Positions 37,113 through 50,630 of a DNA stretch of 64,000 nucleotides are shown here, in pieces (the stretch's first letter is position 1; every line of letters starts with the position of its first letter). Under the pieces are notes generated by a model. It made no database searches. It was given only the letters and a program-made list of their open reading frames with translations, and was not told where the DNA came from. The translations under genes and the position numbers were made by a program. The DNA is from Macrostomum lignano (taxonomy: Eukaryota), in the NCBI GenBank assembly GCA_002269645.1, contig NIVC01000856.1, positions 186,001 to 250,000 of the forward strand, given 5' to 3'.

Positions 37113-38855
37113 TGAGTCTGTGCTCACTCATTGGAGTCTGTGCTCACTCATTGGAGTCTGTGCTCACTCATTGGAGTCTGTGCTCACTCATTGGAGTCTG
37201 TGCTCACTCATTGGAGAGTCTGTGCTCACTCATTGGAGTCTGTGCTCACTCATTGGAGTCTGTGCTCACTCATTGGAGTCTGTGCTCACTCATTGGAGTC
37301 TGTGCTCACTCATTGGAGAGTCTGCTGATCACTCATTGGAGTCTGTGCTCACTCATTGGAGAGTCTGCTGATCACTCATTGGAGTCTGTGCTCACTCATT
37401 GGAGTCTGTGCTCACTCATTGGAGTCTGTGCTCACTCATTGGAGTCTGTGCTCACTCATTGGAGTCTGTGCTCACTCATTGGAGAGTCTGCTGATCACTC
37501 ATTGGAGTCTGTGCTCACTCATTGGAGAGTCTGCTGATCACTCATTGGAGTCTGTGCTCACTCATTGGAGAGTCTGTGCTCACTCATTGGAGTCTGTGCT
37601 CACTCATTGGAGTCTGTGCTCACTCATTGGAGTCTGTGCTCACTCATTGGAGTCTGTGCTCACTCATTGGAGTCTGTGCTCACTCATTGGAGTCTGTGCT
37701 CACTCATTAGAGTCTGTGCTCACTCATTGGAGTCTGTGCTCACTCATTGGAGTCTGTGCTCACTCATTGGAGTCTGTGCTCACTCATTGGAGTCTGTGCT
37801 CACTCATTGGAGTCTGTGCTCACTCATTGGAGTCTGTGCTCACTCATTGGAGTCTGTGCTCACTCATTGGAGTCTGTGCTCACTCATTGGAGAGTCTGTG
37901 CTCACTCATTGGAGTCTGTGCTCACTCATTGGAGTCTGTGCTCACTCATTGGAGTCTGTGCTCACTCATTGGAGAGTCTGTGCTCACTCATTGGAGTCTG
38001 TGCTCACTCATTGGAGTCTGTGCTCACTCATTAGAGTCTGTGCTCACTCATTGGAGTCTGTGCTCACTCATTGGAGTCTGTGCTCACTCATTGGAGTCTG
38101 TGCTCACTCATTGGAGTCTGTGCTCACTCATTGGAGAGTCTGTGCTCACTCATTGGAGTCTGTGCTCACTCATTGGAGTCTGTGCTCACTCATTGGAGTC
38201 TGTGCTCACTCATTGGAGTCTGTGCTCACTCATTGGAGTCTGTGCTCACTCATTGGAGTCTGTGCTCACTCATTGGAGTCTGTGCTCACTCATTGGAGAG
38301 TCTGTGCTCACTCATCGAAGAGTCTGCTGATCACTCATTGGAGAGTCTGCTGATCACTTATTGGAGAGTCTGCTGATCACTCATTGGAGAGTCTGCTGAT
38401 CACTCATTGGAGAGTCTGCTGATCACTCATTGAAGTCTGTGCTCACTCATTGGAGAGTCTGCTGATCACTCATTGGAGAGTCTGCTGATCACTTATTGGA
38501 GAGTCTGCTGATCACTCATTGGAGAGTCTGCTGATCACTCATTGGAGAGTCTGCTGATCACTTATTGGAGAGTCTGTGCTCACTCATTGGAGAGTCTGTG
38601 CTCACTCATTGGAGAGTCTGTGCTCACTCATTGGAGTCTGCTGATCACTCATTGGAGAGTCTGTGCTCACTCATTGGAGAGTCTGTGCTCACTCATTGGA
38701 GAGTCTGTGCTCACTCATTGGAGAGTCTGCTGATCACTCATTGGAGAGTCTGCTGATCACTCATTGGAGTCTGTGCTCACTCATTGGAGAGTCTGTGCTC
38801 ACTCATTGGAGAGTCTGTGCTCACTCATTGGAGTCTGCTGATCACTCATTGGAGA
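37113..38855. repeat. 20-23-bp minisatellite (longest array in the window)
   Basis: Unit TTGGAGTCTGTGCTCACTCA with GA-insertion and CTGATC variants. Confidence 0.97.
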
Positions 38856-39068
38856 GATTGTATGCTTGCTAATGACTGCGTGTTCTCTCATTGAGTATGT
38901 GCTCAATCATAAAAATTCTGTGTTCTCGCTCATCAGAGTTTTCATCGTAATATATTTGTTACGTACTTATAGCAAATAGTTAAAGTACACTAATCGGCAC
39001 TTTCATACACTATTGAAGCCATGCAGTAACTGAATCATCCTGGAGTTGATTTCGTCAACCGATTTCTC

Positions 39069-42000
39069 TCATCCGTAATAAACCGATCGCATCTCGAATC
39101 GATTCGAACTTGGCCCGCCCTCGTAGCCGCCATTCGAATAATAGTAATCATTGGCCTTCCCGGGCTGCGGCGCCGGCGTCCGGTTGGTGCCGCCGTCCGC
39201 CTGCCGGGAGCCGCCGCCGGCCCGCAGAGCTTTCTCGAGGCCGAGCAGCGGAGCTTCAACCAGCATGGAGAGGACCAGACTGACCAGGAAGGTGAGCATG
39301 ATGCTGGCCAGGTAGATCATGATCTGCAGCGGGATTGGGGAACACCGAATTTTAGACTTATTTGTATGACGATTAGTATCGCGAAATTAGTAATGCAGAA
39401 CCTAGCAGTCTGCACTTCCAATGATCATTTCAAGCCTGCAGTTGCAATTCGTTGCGCTGTATGACCGATTTCAGCTTCCAATGACCGATTTCAGCTCCCA
39501 ATGACCGATTTCAGCTCCCAATGACCGATTTCAGCTCCCAATGACTGGTTTCAGCTCCCAATGACTGATTTCACCTCCCAATGATCTATTTCAGCTCCCA
39601 ATGACCGATTTCACCTCACAACGACTGATTTCAGCTCCCAATGATCAATTTCAGTTCCCAATGACTAATTTCAGCTCCCAAAGACAGATTTCACCTCCCA
39701 ATGATCAATTTCAGCTCCCAATGACCGATCTCACCTCCCAATGACCGATCTCAGCTCCAAATGACCGATTTCAGCTCTCAATGACCGATTTAAGCTCCTA
39801 ATGACTGATTTCACCTCCCAATGACCGATTTCACCTCACAATGACTGATTTCAGCTCCCAATGACTGATTTTAGCTCCCAATGACTGATTTCAGCTCCTA
39901 ATGACCGATTTCAGCTCCCAATGACCTATTTCAGCTCCCAATGACCGATTTCAGCTCCTAATGAGCGATTTCAGCTCCCAATGACCGATTTCAGCTCCCA
40001 ATGACCGATTTCAGCTCCCAATGACTGGTTTCAGCTCCCAATGACTGATTTCACCTCCCAATGATCTATTTCAGCTCCCAATGACCGATTTCACCTCACA
40101 ACGACTGATTTCAGCTCCCAATGATCAATTTCAGTTCCCAATGACTAATTTCAGCTCCCAAAGACAGATTTCACCTCCCAATGATCAATTTCAGCTCCCA
40201 ATGACCGATCTCACCTCCCAATGACCGATCTCAGCTCCAAATGACCGATTTCAGCTCTCAATGACCGATTTAAGCTCCTAATGACTGATTTCACCTCCCA
40301 ATGACCGATTTCACCTCACAATGACTGATTTCAGCTCCCAATGACTGATTTTAGCTCCCAATGACTGATTTCAGCTCCTAATGACCGATTTCAGCTCCCA
40401 ATGACCTATTTCAGCTCCCAATGACCGATTTCAGCTCCTAATGAGCGATTTCAGCTCCCAATGACCGATTTCAGCTTCCAATGACCGATTTCAGCTTCCA
40501 ATGACCGATCTCAGCTCCCAATGACCGATCTCAGCTCCCAATGACCGATTTCAGCTCCCAATGACCGATTTCAGCCTCAATGACTGATTTCAGCTGAAAG
40601 TTTTGATCCTTATGACAGATTTTCAGCATCTCAGACTGATATTGCTTGTTATTGATCATTAAAGATCACTCACCAGCATTGAGTCGGACAGGTGGAATTT
40701 GGAGTCGTAGGTGTAAAAGAAGGCGAACATCACGCTGGCATGCACGATGTAGGCACAGTAGCTGAGCCGGGCCAGTGGGGTGAACCAGGACCAGGACAGC
40801 AGCTCGTTCACGGGGCCTGTGGGTGGCAGGAGAGGACAAGTGGAATTCTGGTATAGGTGGTTCATCTGTAGTCATGTGACACTGAACTTAGCTGCCGAAA
40901 AATACGGCGATTTTCTACCATCGATAATGGGCAGTTGTGCAACCGACAGCTCAGCTGCAGCTATTGCGCGGCGCATCTGAAGGTTGCGTACGGCTGTTCA
41001 GTCCAAGGACTGTGGGGTCGCCACACACAGTCTCAACTACGTCAGCTAATGCTGGCACCCATTTCACAGCTGGGTGAACTGAAGCAATGCGGAGTTAAGT
41101 GCCTTCCTCAAGGGCAAATTGTTCCGAGTGAGTCGAGAATCGAACCCGTGACCTTTCAGTCCCTTGATAATTATAATTCTACTCACAGTAAAATGGACAG
41201 AATATTGTTTGTATTAAATTAATAATATTTGAATTTCTAAACTACTCTACTAAAAGTAAAAATAGAAGAAAAAATACGTAAAAGAATATTAATCAATACC
41301 GTGCCCTCATGCACTACCTCCATAGCCGTAGACGCAGGCGAACACAACCCAGGCAACGCAGAGGGCGAATCCCGGACGCAGGAAGGACCAGTAAACCGTC
41401 ACCTGTTGCAGCGTCAGCGGCGGTCCCGTATCGGCAATCTGGCCCTGCACCAGGTACAGCAGGGCCAGGCCTCCCGCTGCCGCGATCGCCCAGCACAGCA
41501 GCGCCACCAGCTGAAGAGAAAGTTGCAGCAATTGGGTGGCATTGCTATGTACAGTGCGCATTTTTTGTTACATTGTTGGCACCGCAAACTATACTGTGAC
41601 ATTCTTGACATCACACTATACTGTAGCATTGTTGGCGCCACACAACCTGATATAGTGAAGGTGCCATTGTGACATTGTTGGCGCCACACTGCTGTGACCC
41701 AGTCAGCGCCAGACTAAAAGGATCACCAAAATTTCTGCGCCGCATACAAAATCCTGCAGGTAACGGTAACTGAGGATCACCTTGGGCATCCTGATGGTCT
41801 TCCTAGTGGCCAGGACGTAGCCAAGCAAAATTCCAATCGCGTAGGCGCCCATGCGGCAGTAGGGCTTGATGTAGATCGTCTCGTAGTACCTGCAATTGTC
41901 AGATAGAAATTTCTGTTTCATATAAACCAATTATCGAACTGCCTTTACAATAGATCATCGGCAAAAAGACTCCGTTGATAAGATTCTCGCGAGTTCCACG

Positions 42001-45000
42001 AATAACAAAAACTGCTCACGTCTTCTCCGGATCGTACCCGTCTGTCTCTCCGGGCACAAAGTTCAAGTGGCCGCGCCGGAAGCCGTACTGATAGTTAAGC
42101 ACGCCCGTGCACACCATGCTGCCAGCCACAACAACGACCGAGGCCACTGATCCGAATATTAGGCCGCCACTGCAAGCATTGGTTAAAGTTGGGCGAAACT
42201 TAATTGATCAACAGATGTGACTTTCCTTGATTTGAATTTTAGGTGGTTAATTTAACACTAGAAAATCAGGTCTTTGACTCGCGGAATTATTTTTCTGTAA
42301 TTTGGAATGTCTCCAATTGGTGCCGTCCTAGAGAGTTCAAGGTCACGCTAAAAAATCACACCTCTCATGGACGAAGCTCCCTTTAATTTGGATCGTCTCT
42401 GATTGGCTACGGTACAAGACATTTCAAGGTCACGCTAAAATCACGCCACTTATGGAAGAAGCTCCCTATAATTTGGATGGTCTTTGATTGGCAACGGTAA
42501 GAGATTTCAAGGTCACGCTAGAAAATCACGCCACTCAAGGAAGAAGCTCCTTTAATTTGGATCGCCTCTGATTGGCTACGGTAAGAGATTTCAAGGTCAC
42601 GCTAAAAATCACGCCACTCATGGAAGACGCTCCTTTAATTTGGATGGTCTTTGATTGGCAACGGTAAGAGATTTCAAAGTCACGCTAGAAAATCACGCCA
42701 CTCAAGGAAGAAGCTCCTTTAATTTGGATCGCCTCTGATTGGCTACGGTAAGAGATTTCAAGGTCACGCTAAAAATCACGCCACTCATGGAAGACGCACC
42801 CTTTAATTTGAATCGTCTCTGATTGGCAACGGTATGAGATTTCAAGGTCACGCAAAAAATCACACCTCCGAACCGTGCATGCATAGTGAAAGTAAAAAAA
42901 CTCACAATACAAATGGCAGCAGTAGAAGCGGCGATAGCAGGTACATCTGCATATCATTGGCCAAGTACCAGGTGTGACCGAGGCACTGCAGAATGGAAAA
43001 TAGAGATTACTTTGGTCTAGGAAGAAGCCTTCGCACTCTAATTGAAATACAGTTACCATCTATGCCAATGCGAGTGATGTGGTAAATTATGGCTTCAGAG
43101 CATTTACGCCACTGTGCCATCCTGTTTGTCAGAGACAAATGTTTTTTATTAGAGAAAAGTATTTTAGTTTTACAACGATTTGTTAAAATAAACAAGCGGG
43201 AACAGAATAAAGATTTGATCGACGCAAAAACCGTCTGACGCGCGCACAATTTAATTTCGTGTCGTCAATTTTTCCCAACACTTCTTTGCGCAAAATAATC
43301 AAAGCATCGAACTGAAATGTTTGAATTCATCATCTCAGCCCCGCCGCTCCCTCCGCAGCCAGGCGATGAAATCATCTGTCTTGAAGGTCGTGGAGCCCGG
43401 CCCGACCGTCTGTTGGTATTTCTTCAGGTCCTGCTTGCGAATGCCCAGAGCGATGCGCTGGCCAAACGTAGTTGTAAAGTACTTGTCGACCTCGCGAAAC
43501 TCCAACTGGCCCGTCTCCTCTTCGTCGATGTTCTCGAATATCAGCTGCCAGGTCTCCTCTTCGCGGGCCTCCTCCGGGTAGATGCCGAGCAGCAGCTTGT
43601 ACTCGCGCAGCGTGATCTTGCCGTCCCGGTTCGCGTCCAGCACTTCGAACATCTCCAGAGCCGACGACTCAGTCAGGCCGTCCTTCTTGCACACCGCCTT
43701 CAAGCCTTCGAATGTGATGAAGCCGCGTTTCTCGGTGTCCACGTCGTTGAACCACTTCATCAGCAGCTGCTTGTCCGGCTTCTGCCGGGCCGCCGCCCCT
43801 GCCGCAGGCTGCTGCTGCGACTGCTGACGCGACGAAAACTTCTGCGATTTGCCGCTGCGCTGCTGACTCCGCCGCGGTGAATTCTGACGGCCGTCCATGA
43901 CTGCTCGGTGGTGCCGCTTGACGACTTCGTCGGTTTCACTACGCAAAACTGATTGACAGGCTTTGCAATCAAAAGCAAGCGGGGGGTCGTCGCATAGCAC
44001 AGGGGGATTGAGCGGTCGCTGCATTATTTAGTATTTATCAGTTTTTGTTCCCGCCAACTGGGATGCTGGGTTCCGGCCATAGACAATTCTGCTGCCAGAC
44101 TGATGCTTTTATGACTGGTCTCTAAGCTGGGACTTTAGGTCTGGCGGCTCTTACGAGGTTAGTGTATGAGGTGTTGTTATCAGCATTAGGAGTATAGGGG
44201 ATTTGCACTGGCATCACTCACATGTGGCAGTGAGGGATCGGGATTAACAGTTAGTGGTGGAGATTGGGGATCCGATATCTTCTGAGTAGGAATTATAGGG
44301 ATCAGAATTTGAGTAGGGATTATTGAGATCACAGATTTGTGATTCAATTTTGGAGTAGGGATTATTAAGATCTGGGGTTTGGGATCCGAATTTTGAGTAG
44401 GGATTACTGAGATCAGGGAGCGGGGATCCGAGAATCCGAGTTCCTTTCTCCTCACTCACAGCAATGGAGTCGCCCACATTGGCAAAGTTCTGCGCATATA
44501 ACATGAGCGCCCACCAGGACTTCGGACAGCCGGCCACATCCACTGGAGTCCGATCCGGCGATAGGAACGGCCCATTGCCGAAGTAGCCGGTCAGAGACCA
44601 GTGCCAGAACAGGAAGAACATCAGCACGGGCGTCAGCCTCCAATAGCGATGGAAATAGAAGAGCGCCCAGAATTTCCAACTTCTCAAAGTACTCCGGCAT
44701 TTCTCTTTGTCGGCGATGCCCACCTGGCGGCAGAACACGTAGGCTACCAGGGCGCCGCTGAGCATGAAGAATGAGTCCACTGAGGTGGTGGCGTTGATGA
44801 TGATGACGGCCTGCCAGCGCTTGCGGAAGTCGTTCAGGAGTTGCAGCGGGTTGTCTGGTGGGTGAGATTGGATGACAATAGATTAAGATAGGATAGGGCT
44901 ATATCAAGATAGGGTTACACTAGCTCAAGATCTGATGAGACTATAGATCTCTGATAAGACTAGATCACTCTGATGAGACTAGATCTCTCTGATAGGAATA

Positions 45001-48000
45001 AAACTAGGTTTAACGAGACTAGATCTCTCTGATGAGACTAGATCACTCTGAGACTAGATCACTCTGATGAGACTAGATCACTCTGATGAGACTAGATCTC
45101 TCTGATGAGACTAGATTACTCTGATGAGACTAGATCACTCTGATGAGACTAGATTACTCTGATGAGACTAGATCACTCTGATGAGACTAGATCACTCTGA
45201 TGAGACTAGATCACTCTGATGAGACTAGATCACTCTGATGAGACTAGATCACTCTGATGAGACTAGATCACTCTGATGAGACCAGATCACTCTGTTGAGA
45301 CTAGATCACTCTGATGAGACCAGATCACTCTGATGAGACTAGATCACTCTGATGAGACCAGATCACTCTGATGAGACTAGATCACTCTGATGAGACTAGA
45401 TCACTCTGATGAGACCAGATCACTCTGATGAGACTAGATCACTCTGATGAGACCAGATCACTCTGATGAGACTAGATCACTCTGATGAGACCAGATCACT
45501 CTGATGAGACTAGATCACTCTGATGAGACTAGATCACTCTGATGAGACTAGATCACTCTGATGAGACTAGATCACTCTGATGAGACTAGATCACTCTGAT
45601 GAGACTAGATCACTCTGATGAGACTAGATCACTCTGATGAGACTAGATCACTCTGATGAGACTAGATCACTCTGATGAGACTAGATCACTCTGATGAGAC
45701 TAGATCACTCTGATGAGACTAGATCACTCTGATGAGACTAGATCACTCTGATGAGACTAGATCACTCTGATGAAACTAGATCACTCTGATGAGACTAGAT
45801 CACTCTGATGAGACTAGATCACTCTGATGAGACTAGATCACTCTGATGAGACTAGATCACTCTGATGAGACTAGATCACTCTGATGAGACTAGATCACTC
45901 TGATGAAACTAGATCACTCTGATGAGACTAGATCACTCTGATGAGACTAGATCACTCTGATGAGACTAGATCACTCTGATGAGACTAGATCACTCTGATG
46001 AGACTAGATCACTCTGATGAGACTAGATCACTAGTATCGGGATAATACGATCGTTTTCTAGGGTCGGGTGAGGTTAGAAATTTCTAGAATCTGGGTGGGA
46101 CTAGATTTCTAAAGAACAGAGATCCCTCATAAATCGGCGTGCGAATAGATCACTGAGGTTAGATTTCTCTGAGATTGGTGATGAGACTAGATCTCTGCAA
46201 TCGGGTGAGATTAGATCGGCATGCGGTGCAGGCCCTCACCCAAAAGCGGGGCGATAAACAGTAGCGTGTGACCCAGAATGACCCAGAAGATGCTGAGCAC
46301 TCGAATCCCATTGATGCAGCCAAGCGATCCGCCGGAAGCCGGAGCGAACAGCTTGTTGAGGTTGCTGCGCAGGCAGAAAGCTCGGCAGATGTCTCTGTAA
46401 ACGTCTCCTGCAATGCGCGAATGCCTTGCTAACGTTGAAATGACCATATGTACTTTTCAATTTGTCTAAAGTTCTAAAGTGGATTCCGGTGACTCACTCT
46501 GCGCCTCGGGATATCGCGAGTCAACGAAGGCGGTCACAGCCGTGGCCAGAAGTATGAGAAACACGAGCAGTCCTGTGAGACAGCTGCAGTTGAGGATTGG
46601 CTGGATTGCTCTATGACCAGACACTCTGACCAACTACAATGCTGTATGACCACCTAGAATACTCTATGACCAACTACAATACTCTATGACCAACTAGGAT
46701 ACTTTATGACCAACTAGGATACTTTATGACCAACTAGGATACTCTATGACCAACTAGGATACTTAATGACCAACTAGGATACTCTATGACCAACTAGGAT
46801 ACTTAATGACCAACTAGGATACTCTATGACCAACTAGGATACTTAATGACCAACTAGGATACTCTATGACCAACTAGGATACTTTATGACCAACTAGGAT
46901 ACTCTATGAACAACTAGGATACTCTATGATCAACTGTAACATATACATGTAAGACACTGTATAATAAATTTAAACACTCTTATGACAAATTAAGACACTC
47001 CATAGCCAACTGAGACATTCTTATGATACACTAAGCCCCTATAGCCAACCAAGATATTATATGACCAAACAAGACAACTTATGACCAATAGGACACTGTA
47101 TGAACAATAATACACACCGTGACTCACTAAGGCAACCCCCATGGAGAACTGAAACATTCTATGACGCATAAAAAATTTTATGACCCACTAAGACACCATA
47201 CGGCTAACTAAGACGCACTCCTTGCAACTAGCATCCCAGAGCCCGCAGCACCCTCTCCCCGTCGCTCACATCACTGCGAGGGCGCCGCTGCTAAGCGGGT
47301 TGCTGGCCTCCACATTTGTCTGCGCGCAGCTCTTCACCACCAGCTTGTAGGACTTGATGGTGTCCACTATGCCTCCGATGCCCGGCACCCCCTGCAGGAT
47401 GGGGCCCAGCAGGTTGAGGACGATCTCCACCACTGGAATGTCGAAGATGATGCTGTTTTTTATTCAAGCTGAAGTCATAATGATGGCCATTTAGATTTAG
47501 TGACAGAATTACAGCTAATGACAGCCTGCGACAGTTAATAACAGCTATATGACAGCCTGTGACAGTTAATTACAGCTATATGGCAGCCTGTGACAGTCAA
47601 TTACAGCTATATGACACCCTGTGACAGTCAATTACAGCTATATGGCAGCCTGTGACAGTCAATTACAGCTATATGAAAGCCTGCGACAGTCAATTACAGC
47701 TAATGACCGCCTTTGACAGCCAGTGACGTATACATCATGTAAAAAATTGAATGGCAGACAAATACAGCAATTTACAGCCAAATAAATCCAAAATACAGCC
47801 AAATACAGCCAAAACACAGCTATGAAAGCCCCAACGCCGCAAGCCGGCAGATCCTCACCAAAATTGACAGCAATCTCAGCGTCGATCCCTTTGCACGGAT
47901 TCGGCAGGCACAGCGCCAGCTCCAGGCTGGTCTGCAGGCTGTCGCCGCCGCTGAACGCCCGGCCTCCACTATCGGTCGTTGAGTTGCCGCGACTCTTCAC

Positions 48001-49453
48001 GCCGAACATGCAATACCGACCGTTGGTGTGTAACATCAGCGTGCTCGTGTTGGTGCTGTCCTGGTACACCGGCAGCCGGATGCTTTCGCACTCCTCCCGG
48101 GACCCGATCCACCGGACATTGCCCAGCAGGATGCCCGCCTCCGGCTTGAAGATCGAGTCCAGCCCTGGTAATGGAGGAGGGAGGCTGGTCATTGCCTGTC
48201 TCTCTGCCTGCCTCTCTCCCTGCCTCTCTCCCTGCCTCTCTCCCTGCCTCTCTCCCTGCCTCTCTTCCTGCCTCTCTCCCTGCCTCTCTTCCTGCCTCTC
48301 TTCCTGCCTCTCTCCCTGCCTCTCTTCCTGCCTCTCTTCCTGCCTCTCTCCCTGCCTCTCTCCCTGCCCCTCTTACTGCCTCTCTTCCTGCCCCTCTTCC
48401 TGCCTCTCTTCCTGCCTGCCTCTCTTCCTGCCTCTCTCCCTGCCTCTCTTCCTGCCTCTCTCCCTGCCTCTCTGCCTGCCTCTCTCCCTGCCTCTCTCCC
48501 TTCCTCTCTCCCTTCCTTTCTCTCCCTTCCTTTCTCTCTCTGCCTCTCTCCCTGCCTCTCTCCCTTCCTCTCTCCCTTCCTCTCTCCCTTCCTCTCTCCC
48601 TTCTTCTCTCCCTTCCTATCTCCCTTCCTCTCTCCCTTCCTCTCTCCCTTCCTCTCTCCCTTCCTCTCTCCCTTCCTCTCTCCCTTCCTCTCTCCCTTCC
48701 TCTCTCCCTTCCTCTCTCCCTTCCTCTCTCCCTTCCTCTCTCCCTTCCCCTCTCTTTTCCTCTCTCCCTGCCTCTCCACCCTGCCTCTCTCCCCTCTCTC
48801 CCTTCCTTTCTCTCTCTGTCTCTCTCCCTGCCTCTCAGGCTGCCTCTCAGGCTGCCTCTCTCCCTGCCTCTCTCCCTGCCTCTCTTCCTGCCTCTCTCCC
48901 TGCCTCTCTTCCTGCCTCTCTCCCTGCCTCTCTCCCTCCCTCTCTCCCTGCCTCTCACCTGTCTCTCGCCTGCCTCCCTCCCTTCCTCTCTCTCTTCTTC
49001 TCTCTCTGCCTCTCTCCCTTCCCTCTCTTCCGGCTTCTCTCCCAGCCTCTCCTTCCCTACCCCAGTTAAACCAGCAGTCTCACATTGGAGAAACTGGTCC
49101 GACTCGGGCAAGTCGTTGCCGCCAACCAGGCCCAGGATGCTGCTCAGCAGGCTGCTGAACACGGTGCCGCACTCGGGCGACAGCTCCTGGAAGGCGTCGC
49201 CGCCTCGACGAGCCCGAAGCTCCACTGCCGAGGCCCGCAGCTTCTTGGCCGCCAGAGCCGGGTCGCGAGCCACCTCGCCAGCCGCGATGGCCAGAGCTCG
49301 CGCCAGCAGCTGCGGATTCACCCCCTCCTGCTGCTGCTGATTGTCTCTCCAAGAAGAAAAAGACGACGAAGAAGCAACGCAGCCTCCTCCTAGAAGAAAC
49401 AGCGCAAGCAAAGCCACCGGGAGGCTCCGATTTCTGCTACAACTGATCAGCAT
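39069..49453 (-). CDS. Nose resistant to fluoxetine-6 / O-acyltransferase-like protein (NRF domain + Acyl_transf_3); 12 exons, ~805 aa
   Basis: Exons 49453-49084, 48164-47859, 47432-47270, 46583-46498, 46407-46240, 44854-44460, 42985-42906, 42169-42020, 41889-41781, 41510-41318, 40816-40674, 39323-39069 (2418 nt). Motifs GILLGNVRWIGSREEC, CINGIRVLSIFWVILGH, SVDSFFMLSG, FYFHRYWRLTP, HTWYLANDMQ, YIKPYCRMGAY, PLARLSYCAYIVH, VEAPLLGLEK. Confidence 0.92.
39415..40600. repeat. 20-bp minisatellite with 480-bp higher-order duplication
   Basis: Unit AATGACCGATTTCAGCTCCC; lines starting at 39541 and 40021 are identical. Confidence 0.96.
40930..41165 (-). mobile_element. CORE-type tRNA SINE fragment, 5'-truncated
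   Basis: Minus strand reads GGTTCGATTC (B box) followed by CCTTGAGGAAGGCACTTAAC...CCCAGCTGTGAAATGGG, resembling the recalled CORE-SINE consensus CCTTGGGCAAGTCACTTAAC...CTGTAAAATGGG. Confidence 0.6.
42336..42870. repeat. 83/84-bp tandem repeat (167-bp dimer)
   Basis: TCAAGGTCA-anchored units at 42337, 42424, 42507, 42591, 42674, 42758, 42842. Confidence 0.92.
43335..43898 (-). CDS. Intronless EF-hand calcium-binding protein (calmodulin-like, ~187 aa) nested in intron 6 of the NRF-6-like gene
   Basis: Open frame with EF-hand loops DTEKRGFITFEG, DANRDGKITLRE, DEEETGQLEFRE. GC-rich codon usage like neighbouring exons. AATAAA on the minus strand at 43150-43145. An upstream in-frame ATG exists at 44024. 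Confidence 0.85.
   Translation of the reverse strand: MDGRQNSPRRSQQRSGKSQKFSSRQQSQQQPAAGAAARQKPDKQLLMKWFNDVDTEKRGFITFEGLKAVCKKDGLTESSALEMFEVLDANRDGKITLREYKLLLGIYPEEAREEETWQLIFENIDEEETGQLEFREVDKYFTTTFGQRIALGIRKQDLKKYQQTVGPGSTTFKTDDFIAWLRRERRG
44935..46032. repeat. 19-bp minisatellite
   Basis: Unit CTAGATCACTCTGATGAGA. Confidence 0.97.
46610..46935. repeat. 20-bp minisatellite
   Basis: Unit TATGACCAACTAGGATACTC. Confidence 0.93.
47515..47705. repeat. 31-bp minisatellite
   Basis: Unit TGACAGTCAATTACAGCTATATGGCAGCCTG. Confidence 0.9.
48198..49050. repeat. 12-bp CT-rich tandem repeat
   Basis: CCTCTCTCCCTG / CCTCTCTCCCTT units. Confidence 0.95.
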
Positions 49454-50034
49454 TGAGGCAAGCGGTAGAGAGCTGGAAACGCAGACAAGAGAACTTCTGC
49501 AACCCAGAACCGTCTGGGCGCTGTGCTTTTTCTTGGCCGCAAATTTAAATAAGCATCGCAAGGCGAAGCACGCAAGACGCAACCACCTGCTGAGGTTTTT
49601 ATCTAATCTGCCCTGGCTGAATAATGAAAGAGGCGTGCCGAGTCAGCCACGGCCTCTAAAGCGCCCAGGTGGGACCACCACTTCATTCGTCCGATTATTT
49701 TCTCCGTTCTAAAGGCTATCGCTGGGGGCTGATCTTGCATAAAACAAGTAGCAAAAAGAATTTCGGCTGCCTACCAGTGGAAACAGTTGGAAACGAAATT
49801 TTTCAGTCAACAAATTTGGCGACATTGTCCCGCCTCACAGCGGTGAGGCAAAGCTGCCAATTCCGCTGAATCCTGAGAACACGCATGTAAAAGTGCCGCC
49901 AATACATATACTGCACTGCACTCACGACACTCGCTCACACGGGGTGTGTAGCGGTCCAGACTTTCTATTAGTCTCACTCAGGCATGTACACTCTCTGCGA
50001 CTTGAGGGTTGGCTCTCATTGGTGTGAATCGCTG

Positions 50035-50630
50035 GGTTGCTGGGTTGCCTGGAAGGTTGCTGAGTTGTGTAAAAGGTTGTTGGATTGTCTAGAATTTCTC
50101 TGGGTTGTCTAAATGGTTGTTGGGTTGTCTAGATGGTTGTTGGGTTGTCTAGATGGTTGTTGGGTTGTCTAAATGGTTGTTGGGTTGTCTAGATGGTTGT
50201 TGGGTTGTCTAAATGGTTGTTGGGTTGTCTAAATGGTTGTTGGGTTGTCTAGATGGTTGTTGGGTTGTCTAGATGGTTGTTGGGTTGTCTAGATGGTTGT
50301 TGGGTTGTCTAGATGGTTGTTGGGTTGTCTAGATGGTTGTTGGGTTGTCTAGATGGTTGTTGGGTTGTCTAGATGGTTGTTGGGTTGTCTAGATGGTTCT
50401 TGGGTTGTCTAAATGGTTGTTGGGTTGTCTAGATGGTTGTTGGGTTGTCTAGATGGTTGTTGGGTTGTCTAGATGGTTGTTGGGTTGTCTAGATGGTTGC
50501 TGGGTTGTCTAGAAGGTTGCTAGGTTGTCTAGAAGGTTGCTGGGTTGTCTAGAAGGTTGCTGGGTTGTCTAGAAGGTTGCTGGGTTGTCTAGAAGGTTGC
50601 TGGGTTGCCTGGAAGTGCTGGGTTGTCTTG
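50035..50630. repeat. 20-bp minisatellite
   Basis: Unit GGTTGTTGGGTTGTCTAGAT. Confidence 0.95.

Noticed and set aside
44935-46032. CTGATGA in every unit, suggesting hammerhead ribozymes
   Set aside because: No matching GAAA core with closing stems; it is a simple 19-bp satellite.
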